64,000 nt of DNA from a virus (IMGVR_UViG_3300005613_000005:91213-155212), one strand, 5' to 3'; positions 1-8,520 are shown, counted from the first letter of the stretch. Translations and numbers: made by a program. The notes: generated by a model from the sequence alone, not told the origin.

Positions 1-1
1 A

Positions 2-148
2 GTTAAACTCTGGAAATACATCACGGCTAACCGAAACGACGAGAAACACATGAAAAACGCGGTGCAGATAATCAACGTGCTCCACAACAAGTACAGTTAT
101 CAGTATCCAACACCGACATCAAGGAGGAGAAGGAGACGTAGATGGTAA
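2..148 (+). CDS. Hypothetical protein, 5' end outside window
   Basis: Open frame VKLWKYITANRNDEKH...RRRRRRRW* ending in TAA at 146-148, overlapping the next start. Confidence 0.6.
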   Translation, partial: VKLWKYITANRNDEKHMKNAVQIINVLHNKYSYQYPTPTSRRRRRRRW

Positions 149-525
149 GAAAAGTAAAGGACGAAGACATCAAAAAGTACGAGCCGATGATCGAGATGTA
201 CCTCAAACGGTTCGTCCAAAAAAACTGGAACGAGGCTAAACTCAACCAGTATGAAGATGAAGTTCAACTGGGCAATTCAGGTTGGACCATGAGAGACTTC
301 AGACAGCACCTCAAGACCGAGGTTTGTGTCGCACTCCAAAAATACAACCCTAATTTCATAAGCGACAAAACTAAAAAACCAGTGAAAGAATCGACGTTCG
401 TGTACCAACACTTGTTCAACAGGACCGGACAGCTCATGAAAAAACTCACCAAGAAGAGGTACGGTTACGGTATATGGACCAACAATCTGGAAGAAGTTCT
501 TTGGGAACGAGATTCGGAGGAATGA
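142..525 (+). CDS. Sigma70 region-2-like protein (no region 4)
   Basis: RDFRQHLKTEVCVALQKYNP...KESTFVYQHLFNRTGQLMK resembles sigma 2.2-2.4 (DLxQE..xALxKFDP...FSTYxxxxIxNxI); strong AGGAG RBS. Confidence 0.55.
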   Translation: MVRKVKDEDIKKYEPMIEMYLKRFVQKNWNEAKLNQYEDEVQLGNSGWTMRDFRQHLKTEVCVALQKYNPNFISDKTKKPVKESTFVYQHLFNRTGQLMKKLTKKRYGYGIWTNNLEEVLWERDSEE

Positions 526-722
526 TGAGAGAAATTAAGATCAATGGTGGGATAGGTTTCGGCGGCATGCTGACCATCCTGTTTATCGGCTTAAAATTAA
601 CTAATCTAATAGATTGGTCATGGTTCTGGGTACTTTGTCCAGTAGTTTTTAGCACGATGTTGTCTATATTATTTGTCATAGCGTTGTTCATGATAGCCGC
701 GATCAACAGTCGACGGAGGTGA
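522..722 (+). CDS. Small membrane protein of common phage family (GGIGFxGxLTIxFIxLKL...WSWxWVLxP)
   Basis: ATGA overlap with previous stop, GGAGG RBS, two hydrophobic helices. Confidence 0.8.
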   Translation: MMREIKINGGIGFGGMLTILFIGLKLTNLIDWSWFWVLCPVVFSTMLSILFVIALFMIAAINSRRR

Positions 723-725
723 TCT

Positions 726-941
726 ATGCCATTGTGGCTTAAAGACTTATTATGTTTTGTGGCATATTGGATTGTAATAGAGTGCGTGATATTGTCGTTT
801 AATCTTGATAAAGTCACGACCATGTGTCTTTTTGGCATGTTTATGTACTTGTACGGATCATTGGTGCAACCTAAATTCCATGAAGCGAGAAAGAGAGGCA
901 AGCATGCCTTACATCAAAAGATCGAGACGAGTAGATTTTGA
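726..941 (+). CDS. Small membrane protein
   Basis: GGAGG RBS; two hydrophobic segments. Confidence 0.65.
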   Translation: MPLWLKDLLCFVAYWIVIECVILSFNLDKVTTMCLFGMFMYLYGSLVQPKFHEARKRGKHALHQKIETSRF

Positions 942-1164
942 AGCAGCGTTAGCTGATCTTGAACTGCGCCAGATCGAAAGTCCTGGCGAGTTGAACTATC
1001 TGGTCAGCATGCTGTGCAAGATGTACGGAAAGTTGAAGGACTTCAACTATCAGGCGATAAACGACATCATCGGTGCTCTAGAATGTGCCAAACATGAGTA
1101 CATAAGACGTAACGTCGATGGTTACGAAGATTGTGCAATACGACGCAATGGCGATTTAGATTAA
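904..1164 (+). CDS. Conserved phage protein (MPYIK...GELNY...INDIIGALECAKxEYxRR...YEDxxIxxNGD family)
   Basis: Recognisable widespread phage motif; start reassigned to ATG 904 after GAGAGG. Confidence 0.8.
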   Translation: MPYIKRSRRVDFEAALADLELRQIESPGELNYLVSMLCKMYGKLKDFNYQAINDIIGALECAKHEYIRRNVDGYEDCAIRRNGDLD

Positions 1165-1186
1165 ATATAGTATAACAGGAAATATA

Positions 1187-1762
1187 ATGACATATAAAAA
1201 ATGTTTATGGTGTAATAAACAATATACAGTGCATCCAAAAGCGCCACATAGAAAATATTGTAGTAATAGATGTAGAATTAATGCATGGAAAATACGTCAA
1301 CCTGGACGTCAAAAACAATTACAACAACAATGGAGAGTTAAACAAAAAGGACCATTATGTAAATTATGTGGACAAGAAATACCTAAAAATGAAAGAAAAC
1401 ATGGAGTTTCTTTTTGTTCTGAAAAATGTCGTAGAAAGAAACAAAGTATTAATACAATAAAAAGTCGAAAGAAAAAACATAAAAAATTTGTTGAATATAA
1501 AATTAAACGTGGTTGTGATATATGTGGCTATAATACTTTTGGCGGTTCATTAGATTTTCATCATATTGACCCACAAACAAAAACCATGCGAATTGAAGCA
1601 AAACATTTTGTTAGCAATTCTAAAAAAATTAAAAAAGAATTAGATAAATGTATATTAGTATGTAAAAATTGCCATTATGAATTACATAACTTATTATTGC
1701 ATAACATTAATGAATATAATACAATAATATCAACAATTAAAAAGAAGGCATATGATGTTTAA
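1187..1762 (+). CDS. HNH homing endonuclease with N-terminal Cys zinc-finger repeats
   Basis: CxxC/YCSxxC repeats, CDICG...LDFHHIDP...KCILVCKNCHYELH; AT-rich relative to neighbours. Confidence 0.85.
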   Translation: MTYKKCLWCNKQYTVHPKAPHRKYCSNRCRINAWKIRQPGRQKQLQQQWRVKQKGPLCKLCGQEIPKNERKHGVSFCSEKCRRKKQSINTIKSRKKKHKKFVEYKIKRGCDICGYNTFGGSLDFHHIDPQTKTMRIEAKHFVSNSKKIKKELDKCILVCKNCHYELHNLLLHNINEYNTIISTIKKKAYDV

Positions 1763-1856
1763 GTATTTATTGCTCGGGTTTATCTTATGGTTATGCTTGT
1801 TAGCGGGCGGTTTTCTCGGCATGATCGTATCACTCTACATGATCAACGGGGTTTAA
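1752..1856 (+). CDS. Small hydrophobic protein (34 aa)
   Basis: Read by eye: MMFKYLLLGFILWLCLLAGGFLGMIVSLYMINGV*; AAGG upstream. Confidence 0.5.
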   Translation: MMFKYLLLGFILWLCLLAGGFLGMIVSLYMINGV

Positions 1857-1857
1857 C

Positions 1858-2028
1858 GTGAGACGACCGTTCATAGGATTCTGGGGATGGTTCACGTTGT
1901 TCCTGATCAACGTTGGATTATACCATGTTCATCCCAGTAAGATATCATTGTTTACGGCTATATTTTGTATAGTGAATATGTGGCTGACAAAATACGCAGA
2001 AAATTTAACCGATAAACAGGAGAAATAA
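1858..2028 (+). CDS. Small membrane protein (56 aa, GTG start)
   Basis: Read by eye: MRRPFIGFWGWFTLFLINVGL...DKQEK*; fills the gap exactly. Confidence 0.5.
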   Translation: MRRPFIGFWGWFTLFLINVGLYHVHPSKISLFTAIFCIVNMWLTKYAENLTDKQEK

Positions 2029-2030
2029 TT

Positions 2031-2732
2031 ATGAAATTAATAATGTTAATAGTGTTTATGATCGGAACCGTACACGCCACTAACTGCAAGCGTCATCCTA
2101 TTTACTGTCAGATAATCAGTAATTATAAAAAGGCTATTAAGTTGAGATTGATGCATAAAATGCCCAGTAAAAAACGCGCCATGAAGATCTCAAACTATAT
2201 CTACAAGTACTCGCGCAAGTACAACGTCAACGCGAAGATATATACAGCTATAATAGCCCAAGAAAGTTTATATCAACTGCACGTTAAAAATTGTAAAACG
2301 GGCATGATAGAAAAATCAACTCACGAAATACAAAAAGAACGTAAACGTTGTTTTGATGTATATAGTAAATCAGTGAACGACTTCATAGATACTTCGCATT
2401 ATATCGATAAACAAGAATCAGATAAAAAAATGAAAGATTTTGAGAGAGCATGCGATGAATGCCTCAATAAAATCGATAAATATCGTCGCGAAAGGATATG
2501 TTTTGATTTTGGAATATCTGAGATTAATTTTAGAACTGCTCGTCGATACAACCTCGATATTCATCGACTCATGACTGACCTAGAATATTCTATAGAAAGC
2601 GGCCTTAGAATCCTAGCAGATTTTCAAAAGCGCTGGTTCAAGAAAGAACCTATCGATTGGTGGAGTCGATACAACTCACCAACGCGCGAGAATCGAGATA
2701 TATATGAAGAACAAGTTAAAAGGTGGTTGTAA
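2031..2732 (+). CDS. Secreted lytic transglycosylase (SLT family) with large insertion
   Basis: Signal peptide MKLIMLIVFMIGTVHA; AIIAQES catalytic Glu motif; DFGISEIN; SIESGLRIL; WSRYNS. Confidence 0.8.
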   Translation: MKLIMLIVFMIGTVHATNCKRHPIYCQIISNYKKAIKLRLMHKMPSKKRAMKISNYIYKYSRKYNVNAKIYTAIIAQESLYQLHVKNCKTGMIEKSTHEIQKERKRCFDVYSKSVNDFIDTSHYIDKQESDKKMKDFERACDECLNKIDKYRRERICFDFGISEINFRTARRYNLDIHRLMTDLEYSIESGLRILADFQKRWFKKEPIDWWSRYNSPTRENRDIYEEQVKRWL

Positions 2733-2733
2733 C

Positions 2734-3057
2734 ATGACTTTTATAAAAAAAATACAAAGATTGTGGCTGGGTGAAAAAATATTCAAGCAAAAATACTGTT
2801 CTCACGATTATGTGTTTGACAAACGGACAAAGTTTACACATTATTCATCCATATTACCAGGATATTCATACGTCATAACAACTTACGAGGGTGATTTATA
2901 CATGTGTTCACTTTGTGAACATAAAACACATAAAAACACTAAAATTATTAAAGATAGTTACAATAGATCTGTTGAAGGCCGACAGACCGGTAAGAACTAT
3001 ACGTTAACAGAAACTACAGACCATATCACGGGTACTAAGACAAAAACTTTCAGCTGA
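2734..3057 (+). CDS. Hypothetical protein with CxH/CxxC motifs
   Basis: ORF track, start moved to ATG 2734 after AGGTGG. Confidence 0.6.
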   Translation: MTFIKKIQRLWLGEKIFKQKYCSHDYVFDKRTKFTHYSSILPGYSYVITTYEGDLYMCSLCEHKTHKNTKIIKDSYNRSVEGRQTGKNYTLTETTDHITGTKTKTFS

Positions 3058-3070
3058 TCGGAGAAACGGT

Positions 3071-3253
3071 ATGAACAATCTCAAGGGCATTAAGAGTATC
3101 AGGACCATCAAAAAGATGAGAAGAATAACGGAAGAACAGATCAAGCGGGTCAAAGACGGGACACTACCCGATCACAAACACTTGGTAAAAGATATAGAGT
3201 ACCTGGAATTATTTTTAAAAGTAACCGATTTTGTAAACAATGAGATAAAATAA
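3071..3253 (+). CDS. Hypothetical protein
   Basis: GGAG RBS, ORF track. Confidence 0.6.
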   Translation: MNNLKGIKSIRTIKKMRRITEEQIKRVKDGTLPDHKHLVKDIEYLELFLKVTDFVNNEIK

Positions 3254-3262
3254 GGAGCAAGA

Positions 3263-4066
3263 ATGCACGTACACGAGACCATTCATGAAGCATATCTTGG
3301 AGCATTAGAAGACGTTTTTCTCAACTACGAATACAGAGCTGCACCTCGCGGTATGCCGGTACGAGAGATCACCGACTACTGCTTCCGCATTCTGAGGCCA
3401 AAACCAGAACATATCGTGACGTGCAACACGGTGCGAAACGACGTCATAAAAAGATATACGGAACAAGAAACAGCGCTGTATAATTCTGGCAGCAACTCCG
3501 TAGAAGATTTTGCAGCAGCTAGTAAGTTCTGGAAAAAGATAGCTAACCCTAACGGTACTATCAATTCAGCTTATGGACACCTCATCTGGAAAAAAGCTAG
3601 CTTAGGCAATCCTATATTTGAACAAGGAAATGTCTACAGGGATGATAAAGGATGCGCGCATCATCCTGTCCCAGCTGATATGCCAAAGAACGACGAGTTC
3701 ATGAGGACTCCCTGGGAATGGTGTGTTGAATCCCTGAGAAAAGATAAGGATACGAGACAAGCACTATTACGGTTTAGCTTACCAGAACATCATTGGCTCG
3801 GCAACAAGGATTTCGTGTGTACTATAAGCGGTAATTTCTTGATACGCAACAACAAACTTAACTTAAGCGTAGTAATGCGCAGCAACGATCTCATGCTTGG
3901 ACTAGTTTATGATCTCCCATGGTTCATCAGTCTGATGTACAAGATGGTAGACGAACTCAAAGACATTTATCCTGATTTAAAAGTTGGTCACTACACACAC
4001 TTAGCACACTCTATGCACATATACGAGCGCAACGAACAAGACGTACTCAAGATGTTAGGGAGATAA
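3263..4066 (+). CDS. Thymidylate-synthase-fold dCMP hydroxymethylase/methylase (T4 gp42-like)
   Basis: INSAYG, DTRQA, DFVCT (catalytic Cys), MRSND..G..YD with Asp at the pyrimidine-specificity site, HSMHIYER. Confidence 0.8.
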   Translation: MHVHETIHEAYLGALEDVFLNYEYRAAPRGMPVREITDYCFRILRPKPEHIVTCNTVRNDVIKRYTEQETALYNSGSNSVEDFAAASKFWKKIANPNGTINSAYGHLIWKKASLGNPIFEQGNVYRDDKGCAHHPVPADMPKNDEFMRTPWEWCVESLRKDKDTRQALLRFSLPEHHWLGNKDFVCTISGNFLIRNNKLNLSVVMRSNDLMLGLVYDLPWFISLMYKMVDELKDIYPDLKVGHYTHLAHSMHIYERNEQDVLKMLGR

Positions 4067-4067
4067 G

Positions 4068-4397
4068 ATGCCGCAACAACCACCGCAACTGTATACCGTA
4101 GACAAACAAAAAGCACTGAGATACTTCGTTGAACTACCAGAAAAGTTACGCGAGCATATAATAACATGCCTTGAGACAGAAAAATTCGTGAACGCCATGA
4201 ACGGTAATTGCGGAAACGGTGAAGACTGTTATTTTGAGATGTATTCGCCCGACAACGACTGGTCCGCTCACATAGAGCAGTACAAAACACACTATTTCAA
4301 AAACGCGGTAACGTTAGAGGATCTCAAGAACGCGCACGCGGACGCTATCTTAGAAAAAGAAGTGTTAAAACAAAAATCATACCACGATTATTCCTGA
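4068..4397 (+). CDS. Hypothetical protein
   Basis: ORF track, directly after previous stop. Confidence 0.65.
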   Translation: MPQQPPQLYTVDKQKALRYFVELPEKLREHIITCLETEKFVNAMNGNCGNGEDCYFEMYSPDNDWSAHIEQYKTHYFKNAVTLEDLKNAHADAILEKEVLKQKSYHDYS

Positions 4398-4453
4398 TAT
4401 AAAGTATTGTTTGAACCGATCCGATAGATATACAGATCAAAATACGGAGAAAA

Positions 4454-4900
4454 ATGATGAGTGATCTTCCAGTTATCAAAGACGAGAATTTTATCGGTGA
4501 GTTTGAAACGATGAACCTCGATAAAATAAAGGACAAAACTTTTATGGTGGCAGTAGCAACCGGCGATCCGGAAAAAGCTCAATACTTACCAGGAACTTTG
4601 CACGGACCCTACGACTACGGTGAGATGCTCGATGAGGTAGGGCAGATGTACGTCGAGTTCCAACACCATGCTAAAGTCCTGATATGTGAGAAAGACCGCA
4701 CAAAACGAATGGAGTTCTTAGACGGTAACACTATAGATTATATAGAAGCTAACTTTGAGAACTTGATAATGTCAGAGATAATGGACGGCGTAGTCCTGAA
4801 CCCAGAATACACTTGCCAAGCCGGCATAAACCAAGCTGACGACGAAGAGGACTTTCGTCAGGGTAAAACAGAGACAGTCGATGTGGTGGAAGAAGAGTAA
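4454..4900 (+). CDS. Hypothetical acidic protein
   Basis: GGAG RBS, ORF track. Confidence 0.7.
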   Translation: MMSDLPVIKDENFIGEFETMNLDKIKDKTFMVAVATGDPEKAQYLPGTLHGPYDYGEMLDEVGQMYVEFQHHAKVLICEKDRTKRMEFLDGNTIDYIEANFENLIMSEIMDGVVLNPEYTCQAGINQADDEEDFRQGKTETVDVVEEE

Positions 4901-5402
4901 AGAAATTAAACTAGATCCCGTACAACAGTACAAGTACGACGCGTTTAAAGAGTCCATCAAGTATATCAAACGTAATCTTGAAAAATTTGACATAACCGCT
5001 GGAAAAGAATTTCCTTTTAATACTAGTTATAATCGTAGTTATTTTGGCTTACGATTCGTGACAAAATGGATCGGTTCTTCATACAACATACAGGCTGTTA
5101 AATACATAGAGATAGAAAAGTACGATAAACAACATAAAATAGTTATAGAAAATCATTTAGATAAAAAATCATGCGTTAAGATAACCATAGAAAATTTTCC
5201 AGATCGCTTGATACGCGAGATGTTAGCAGAATTTAAAGCATTAGTTGAAATTAAAAATACCCTAAAAGATAAACACGATAAATACTGGCACGAGCAGTTC
5301 TTGATAAAACATCACGAACAGGAAGTGAAAGATTGCATCGATCTGATCAACAAGGTTTCTGATCCAGTACATGACATAATCTTAGGTGATGAAGATAAAT
5401 AA
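4881..5402 (+). CDS. Hypothetical protein
   Basis: ORF track, overlaps previous gene end. Confidence 0.6.
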   Translation: MWWKKSKEIKLDPVQQYKYDAFKESIKYIKRNLEKFDITAGKEFPFNTSYNRSYFGLRFVTKWIGSSYNIQAVKYIEIEKYDKQHKIVIENHLDKKSCVKITIENFPDRLIREMLAEFKALVEIKNTLKDKHDKYWHEQFLIKHHEQEVKDCIDLINKVSDPVHDIILGDEDK

Positions 5403-5409
5403 GTATAAT
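5401..5409 (+). promoter_or_regulatory. -10 promoter element AAGTATAAT
   Basis: TATAAT at 5404-5409 upstream of the ThyX-like gene. Confidence 0.5.
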
Positions 5410-5431
5410 AGTCATATGAAGAGGCTATTAT

Positions 5432-5992
5432 ATGTTAATAAATAAAATCAACGTGTTAGATCACGGCTACGTTGGTCTACTCTCCGTAAACCTGAGTCAG
5501 AAAAATTTCAAATCCGTATCCGATAATTATTTTAAAGCGCGCATAAATCGCGAACTCTTTAAAGTAGCAAACGCCACGTTCATTTTAAAAGTACCCCTGT
5601 TTGTACAAGTATTCCTATCACAATATGATCTGAAGATAATCAACTTACCACCTAAAAACGATAATGAGATATATATCCCCGACGTTTCCGAGATAAACAC
5701 AGGCAACGCCAACGATGACAAGAATATAAGTGAACACATAAAACAGACGCTAGACGCCCTCAACGTAAACGCCAAGGGATTTCAAATGGAAGGGTGTGAC
5801 AGGTTCACCTCACAGGTCACTACTCCTATAAGCAAATACAACGAGATCCTAATACATGGTAACTTACAAGCCTGGCTAGAGATAATCAAACGTAAAAATC
5901 TACCCCGACAGATAAAAGTATATAAAGATGCTATAGAAGAACTGTTAAAAACTGAATGGTTAGACCTGAACACGTATAAGGAAGCGAGATGA
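5432..5992 (+). CDS. Degenerate ThyX (FAD-dependent thymidylate synthase)-fold protein
   Basis: KINVLDHGYVGL, TFILKVPLFV, EIYIP, GNLQAWLEII and IKVYKDAIEELL align colinearly with ThyX, but the RHRxxSxxxxSxR motif is absent. Confidence 0.7.
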   Translation: MLINKINVLDHGYVGLLSVNLSQKNFKSVSDNYFKARINRELFKVANATFILKVPLFVQVFLSQYDLKIINLPPKNDNEIYIPDVSEINTGNANDDKNISEHIKQTLDALNVNAKGFQMEGCDRFTSQVTTPISKYNEILIHGNLQAWLEIIKRKNLPRQIKVYKDAIEELLKTEWLDLNTYKEAR

Positions 5993-6213
5993 GCAAGAAG
6001 AAAAAGAGAAACGTTGACGAGTGGATAGAATACGAGTATGAAAAAGAAGTTACGTTCGAGTGTCCTATTAGAGGTATCATTACTCAAAAAATAAAGGTTA
6101 AACGACTCAAAACTAGATTGGTAGAGAGTAAACCGATAATAAACATCGGCGACGACGATAAACCCATAATGGAACCGTATTCAGACGAGGTAAGATACGT
6201 CACAGACGATTGA
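5989..6213 (+). CDS. Hypothetical protein
   Basis: ATGA overlap, ORF track. Confidence 0.65.
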   Translation: MSKKKKRNVDEWIEYEYEKEVTFECPIRGIITQKIKVKRLKTRLVESKPIINIGDDDKPIMEPYSDEVRYVTDD

Positions 6214-6255
6214 TCATCACATTCATCCTCCATCAAACCAACATCGCGTGTGCGA

Positions 6256-6264
6256 ATGTATAAT
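6256..6264 (+). promoter_or_regulatory. -10 promoter element ATGTATAAT
   Basis: In intergenic gap ahead of GGAGGAG RBS and ATG 6282. Confidence 0.55.
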
Positions 6265-6281
6265 ATATGGGAGGAGAAATT

Positions 6282-6714
6282 ATGATCGATATCAAAAAGT
6301 TAAAGATCAGCGACGAACGGTTAAAACAGTTATCACGAAGTAAAAAACAAGTTAAGATAAGTTGGCATATATCACAGAACCTGGAGTACCAACGTTTCTT
6401 CAACGTGGGTGATGTGCTGTTGAAAGTAAATAAATCTACGAACAAACCGGTGATGACCGACGACATACCAGATCGGTATCTGGTAGCCCGCAACGACAGC
6501 GGGATAATATACTGTAGGCGAGTGACTAAAAGCGGTGACATATGAAAAAGACTGGCGCGGCAATGTATACGATCTATTAGAGTTCAATGAACCTTTAAGA
6601 TGGAGTAATTATACGTTGCGACCATCAGACATAACCGGTTCACTATACTATCACTTGTACCTTCAGAAACCGATGTCGTTTCAAGAAGCAGAGGAACTGA
6701 TATGTCAAAGATAA
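6282..6714 (+). pseudogene. Probably frameshifted paralogue of the 6702-7439 gene (ORFs 6282-6545 and 6535-6714)
   Basis: FNVGDVLLK...PDRYLV...GIIY matches FSVGDILIK...PRKYMV...GIPY of the next gene; a second frame stays open from 6535 to TAA 6714. Confidence 0.45.
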
Positions 6715-7439
6715 AGCCTACGCTTACAGCCGACGATAAGAAAAGTATAGCATACACGCAGAAGTGCAATCCCATATACAACTACCTGATCAAATATGAA
6801 GGTGTCGAGTTTAGCGTTGGTGATATACTAATTAAATGGACTACAGATTATAACGGCCACAAGACGATGGAACAAGTTGGTTCATACGCTACTACACCAA
6901 GAAAATACATGGTCGTACACGTAGATAAATTAGGCATACCGTACGTGAAAAAAATAAAGGCCGACGGCGAGCTCGGAATACAATTAAACTGTGTGGCAAA
7001 GTTCGGCGAAGACACGTTCCAGCACGATCCTGATTTTGTTGATTACTGCTTGCTGCGTGATGATGGTAAAGAATATGATCCCAATGAAGGCCTAGGAGAA
7101 CTACGAGAACGCAAGAAAAAGATACGCAAGAAAAACAAAAAATTACGTTTAAATATGAAAGATAGATCTCTTGCAAAACAACTGCTACAAAACATTAAAC
7201 AAGGAACTAGAGTGTGGAGAGTACCTAACTCACCCGACAAACCGCTGAAAGAATACGAGTACACTACTGGGAAATGGAAAAAAGGTATAGGTTCATGGGG
7301 AGACGACGGTTTAGAACTATATAAAAGAGGCAAGAAAACTAGTTACTGTATAGACGTCGATCAAATATCGCGAGATAGTTGGAGCTGGCATAATATATAC
7401 TTAAAACGCCCGATATGCGAGTTAGAAGGGGACATATGA
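6702..7439 (+). CDS. Hypothetical protein (SH3-like VGD..K..P.KY.V..D..GIPY module)
   Basis: GAGG RBS, ORF track. Confidence 0.75.
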   Translation: MSKIKPTLTADDKKSIAYTQKCNPIYNYLIKYEGVEFSVGDILIKWTTDYNGHKTMEQVGSYATTPRKYMVVHVDKLGIPYVKKIKADGELGIQLNCVAKFGEDTFQHDPDFVDYCLLRDDGKEYDPNEGLGELRERKKKIRKKNKKLRLNMKDRSLAKQLLQNIKQGTRVWRVPNSPDKPLKEYEYTTGKWKKGIGSWGDDGLELYKRGKKTSYCIDVDQISRDSWSWHNIYLKRPICELEGDI

Positions 7440-7762
7440 CAAAGTTAGATTTTTCTTTTCCCCATACGCAGAGTTCAATACACCACTATGGTTTCCCTAT
7501 CAACATAGGCGCATATAAAGTAAGTGCTATCGCACTAGCAGTAGTATCCCTAAAGATCTCATATGCTGTGATAGTCAGTGACGTCAAGAACGACATGCAC
7601 TTCAAACAGTACGTAGAGTTCATGCCATCGCTTAGTCACAAAGAATCATATGCGTTAGTTATAAACAAAAAATTAAACGATACCGCATACCTGCTGACGC
7701 TTAAAGTACTTTTATATAAGATGGGAGTAATAGATGAAAAAAGTGATGCTGGTCGGTTCTAA
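7436..7762 (+). CDS. Hypothetical protein
   Basis: ATGA overlap at 7436, GAAGGGG RBS. Confidence 0.6.
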   Translation: MTKLDFSFPHTQSSIHHYGFPINIGAYKVSAIALAVVSLKISYAVIVSDVKNDMHFKQYVEFMPSLSHKESYALVINKKLNDTAYLLTLKVLLYKMGVIDEKSDAGRF

Positions 7763-8147
7763 TCCCTCGCGGCGCAGTCCAGACAACAGCGTTTTTCACG
7801 CGTCCACGCGGTCCAGAATGACCGTAGACGCGTGGTTTCGCGATATAGAATGCCAGATATCCTTCACGAACGTATCGCGCGAGAAGACCGAGAACAACCG
7901 TCCTCTGACAGTTCGAGAGATAAGATCCAACCTTCCTCGTCTCAAAGAAGAGTTGAAAGGCTATGACAAGATAGTAGCCCTGGGAAACACGGCTCAGAAA
8001 GCACTGACACTGCTTTGTTTCGATTTCTTTGCAATGCCACATCCAAGTGGTCTTAATCGTTTACTTAATGACCCTATATACATTAAAAATAAAATTAAAG
8101 CGCTACATCGATATATTGAAAATAATAACCAAAGGAGTAAAATATGA
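7734..8147 (+). CDS. Uracil-DNA glycosylase-like protein (UDG superfamily, minimal)
   Basis: VGSNPS, FTNV, IVALGNTA, PHPSGLNR motifs. Confidence 0.75.
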   Translation: MKKVMLVGSNPSRRSPDNSVFHASTRSRMTVDAWFRDIECQISFTNVSREKTENNRPLTVREIRSNLPRLKEELKGYDKIVALGNTAQKALTLLCFDFFAMPHPSGLNRLLNDPIYIKNKIKALHRYIENNNQRSKI

Positions 8148-8470
8148 CCGCACAACAGTCACTTGAGATAATAAATTCGATAGACGCCAAGATATGGTTC
8201 TTGCTCTTGAAGTTCGGGTTCGCTGCATTCTTAGTTATATTAGTCAAAAACTTCGTAACCCACCTGTACCAGTACCTGTTCCTGAGATGGAGCAAAGGAT
8301 ACGGTATAAACACCAAGGTAGAATACGAGGGAGAGATATACTACATAGATGACCAGACGTTCACGAACATCGTCCTGATCAAGGGAAGCAAACGCGTGTT
8401 CATACCTATATCCAGGTTCATGACCATGCCCGTAAAAGTTATCCGAAACGGGAATCCAGATAAAAAATAA
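8144..8470 (+). CDS. Membrane protein resembling the MscS TM plus beta (Sm-like) domain
   Basis: One TM helix then GINTKVEYEGEIYYIDDQTFTNIVL...RVFIPISRF. Confidence 0.45.
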   Translation: MTAQQSLEIINSIDAKIWFLLLKFGFAAFLVILVKNFVTHLYQYLFLRWSKGYGINTKVEYEGEIYYIDDQTFTNIVLIKGSKRVFIPISRFMTMPVKVIRNGNPDKK

Positions 8471-8496
8471 AAAGGGCCGCTCAAAAGCGACCCTTT
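8471..8496 (-). terminator. Intrinsic terminator at the convergence of + and - blocks
   Basis: Minus strand AAAGGGTCGCT-TTTG-AGCGGCCCTTT followed by T-rich tract. Confidence 0.75.
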
Positions 8497-8520
8497 AAAA
8501 AATCAATCTACAGTACTAGC

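Noticed and set aside
3263-4066. Ordinary ThyA thymidylate synthase
   Set aside because: Lacks the LxPCH and G.PFN signatures; DFVCT and RSND..G..YD match dCMP-acting enzymes better
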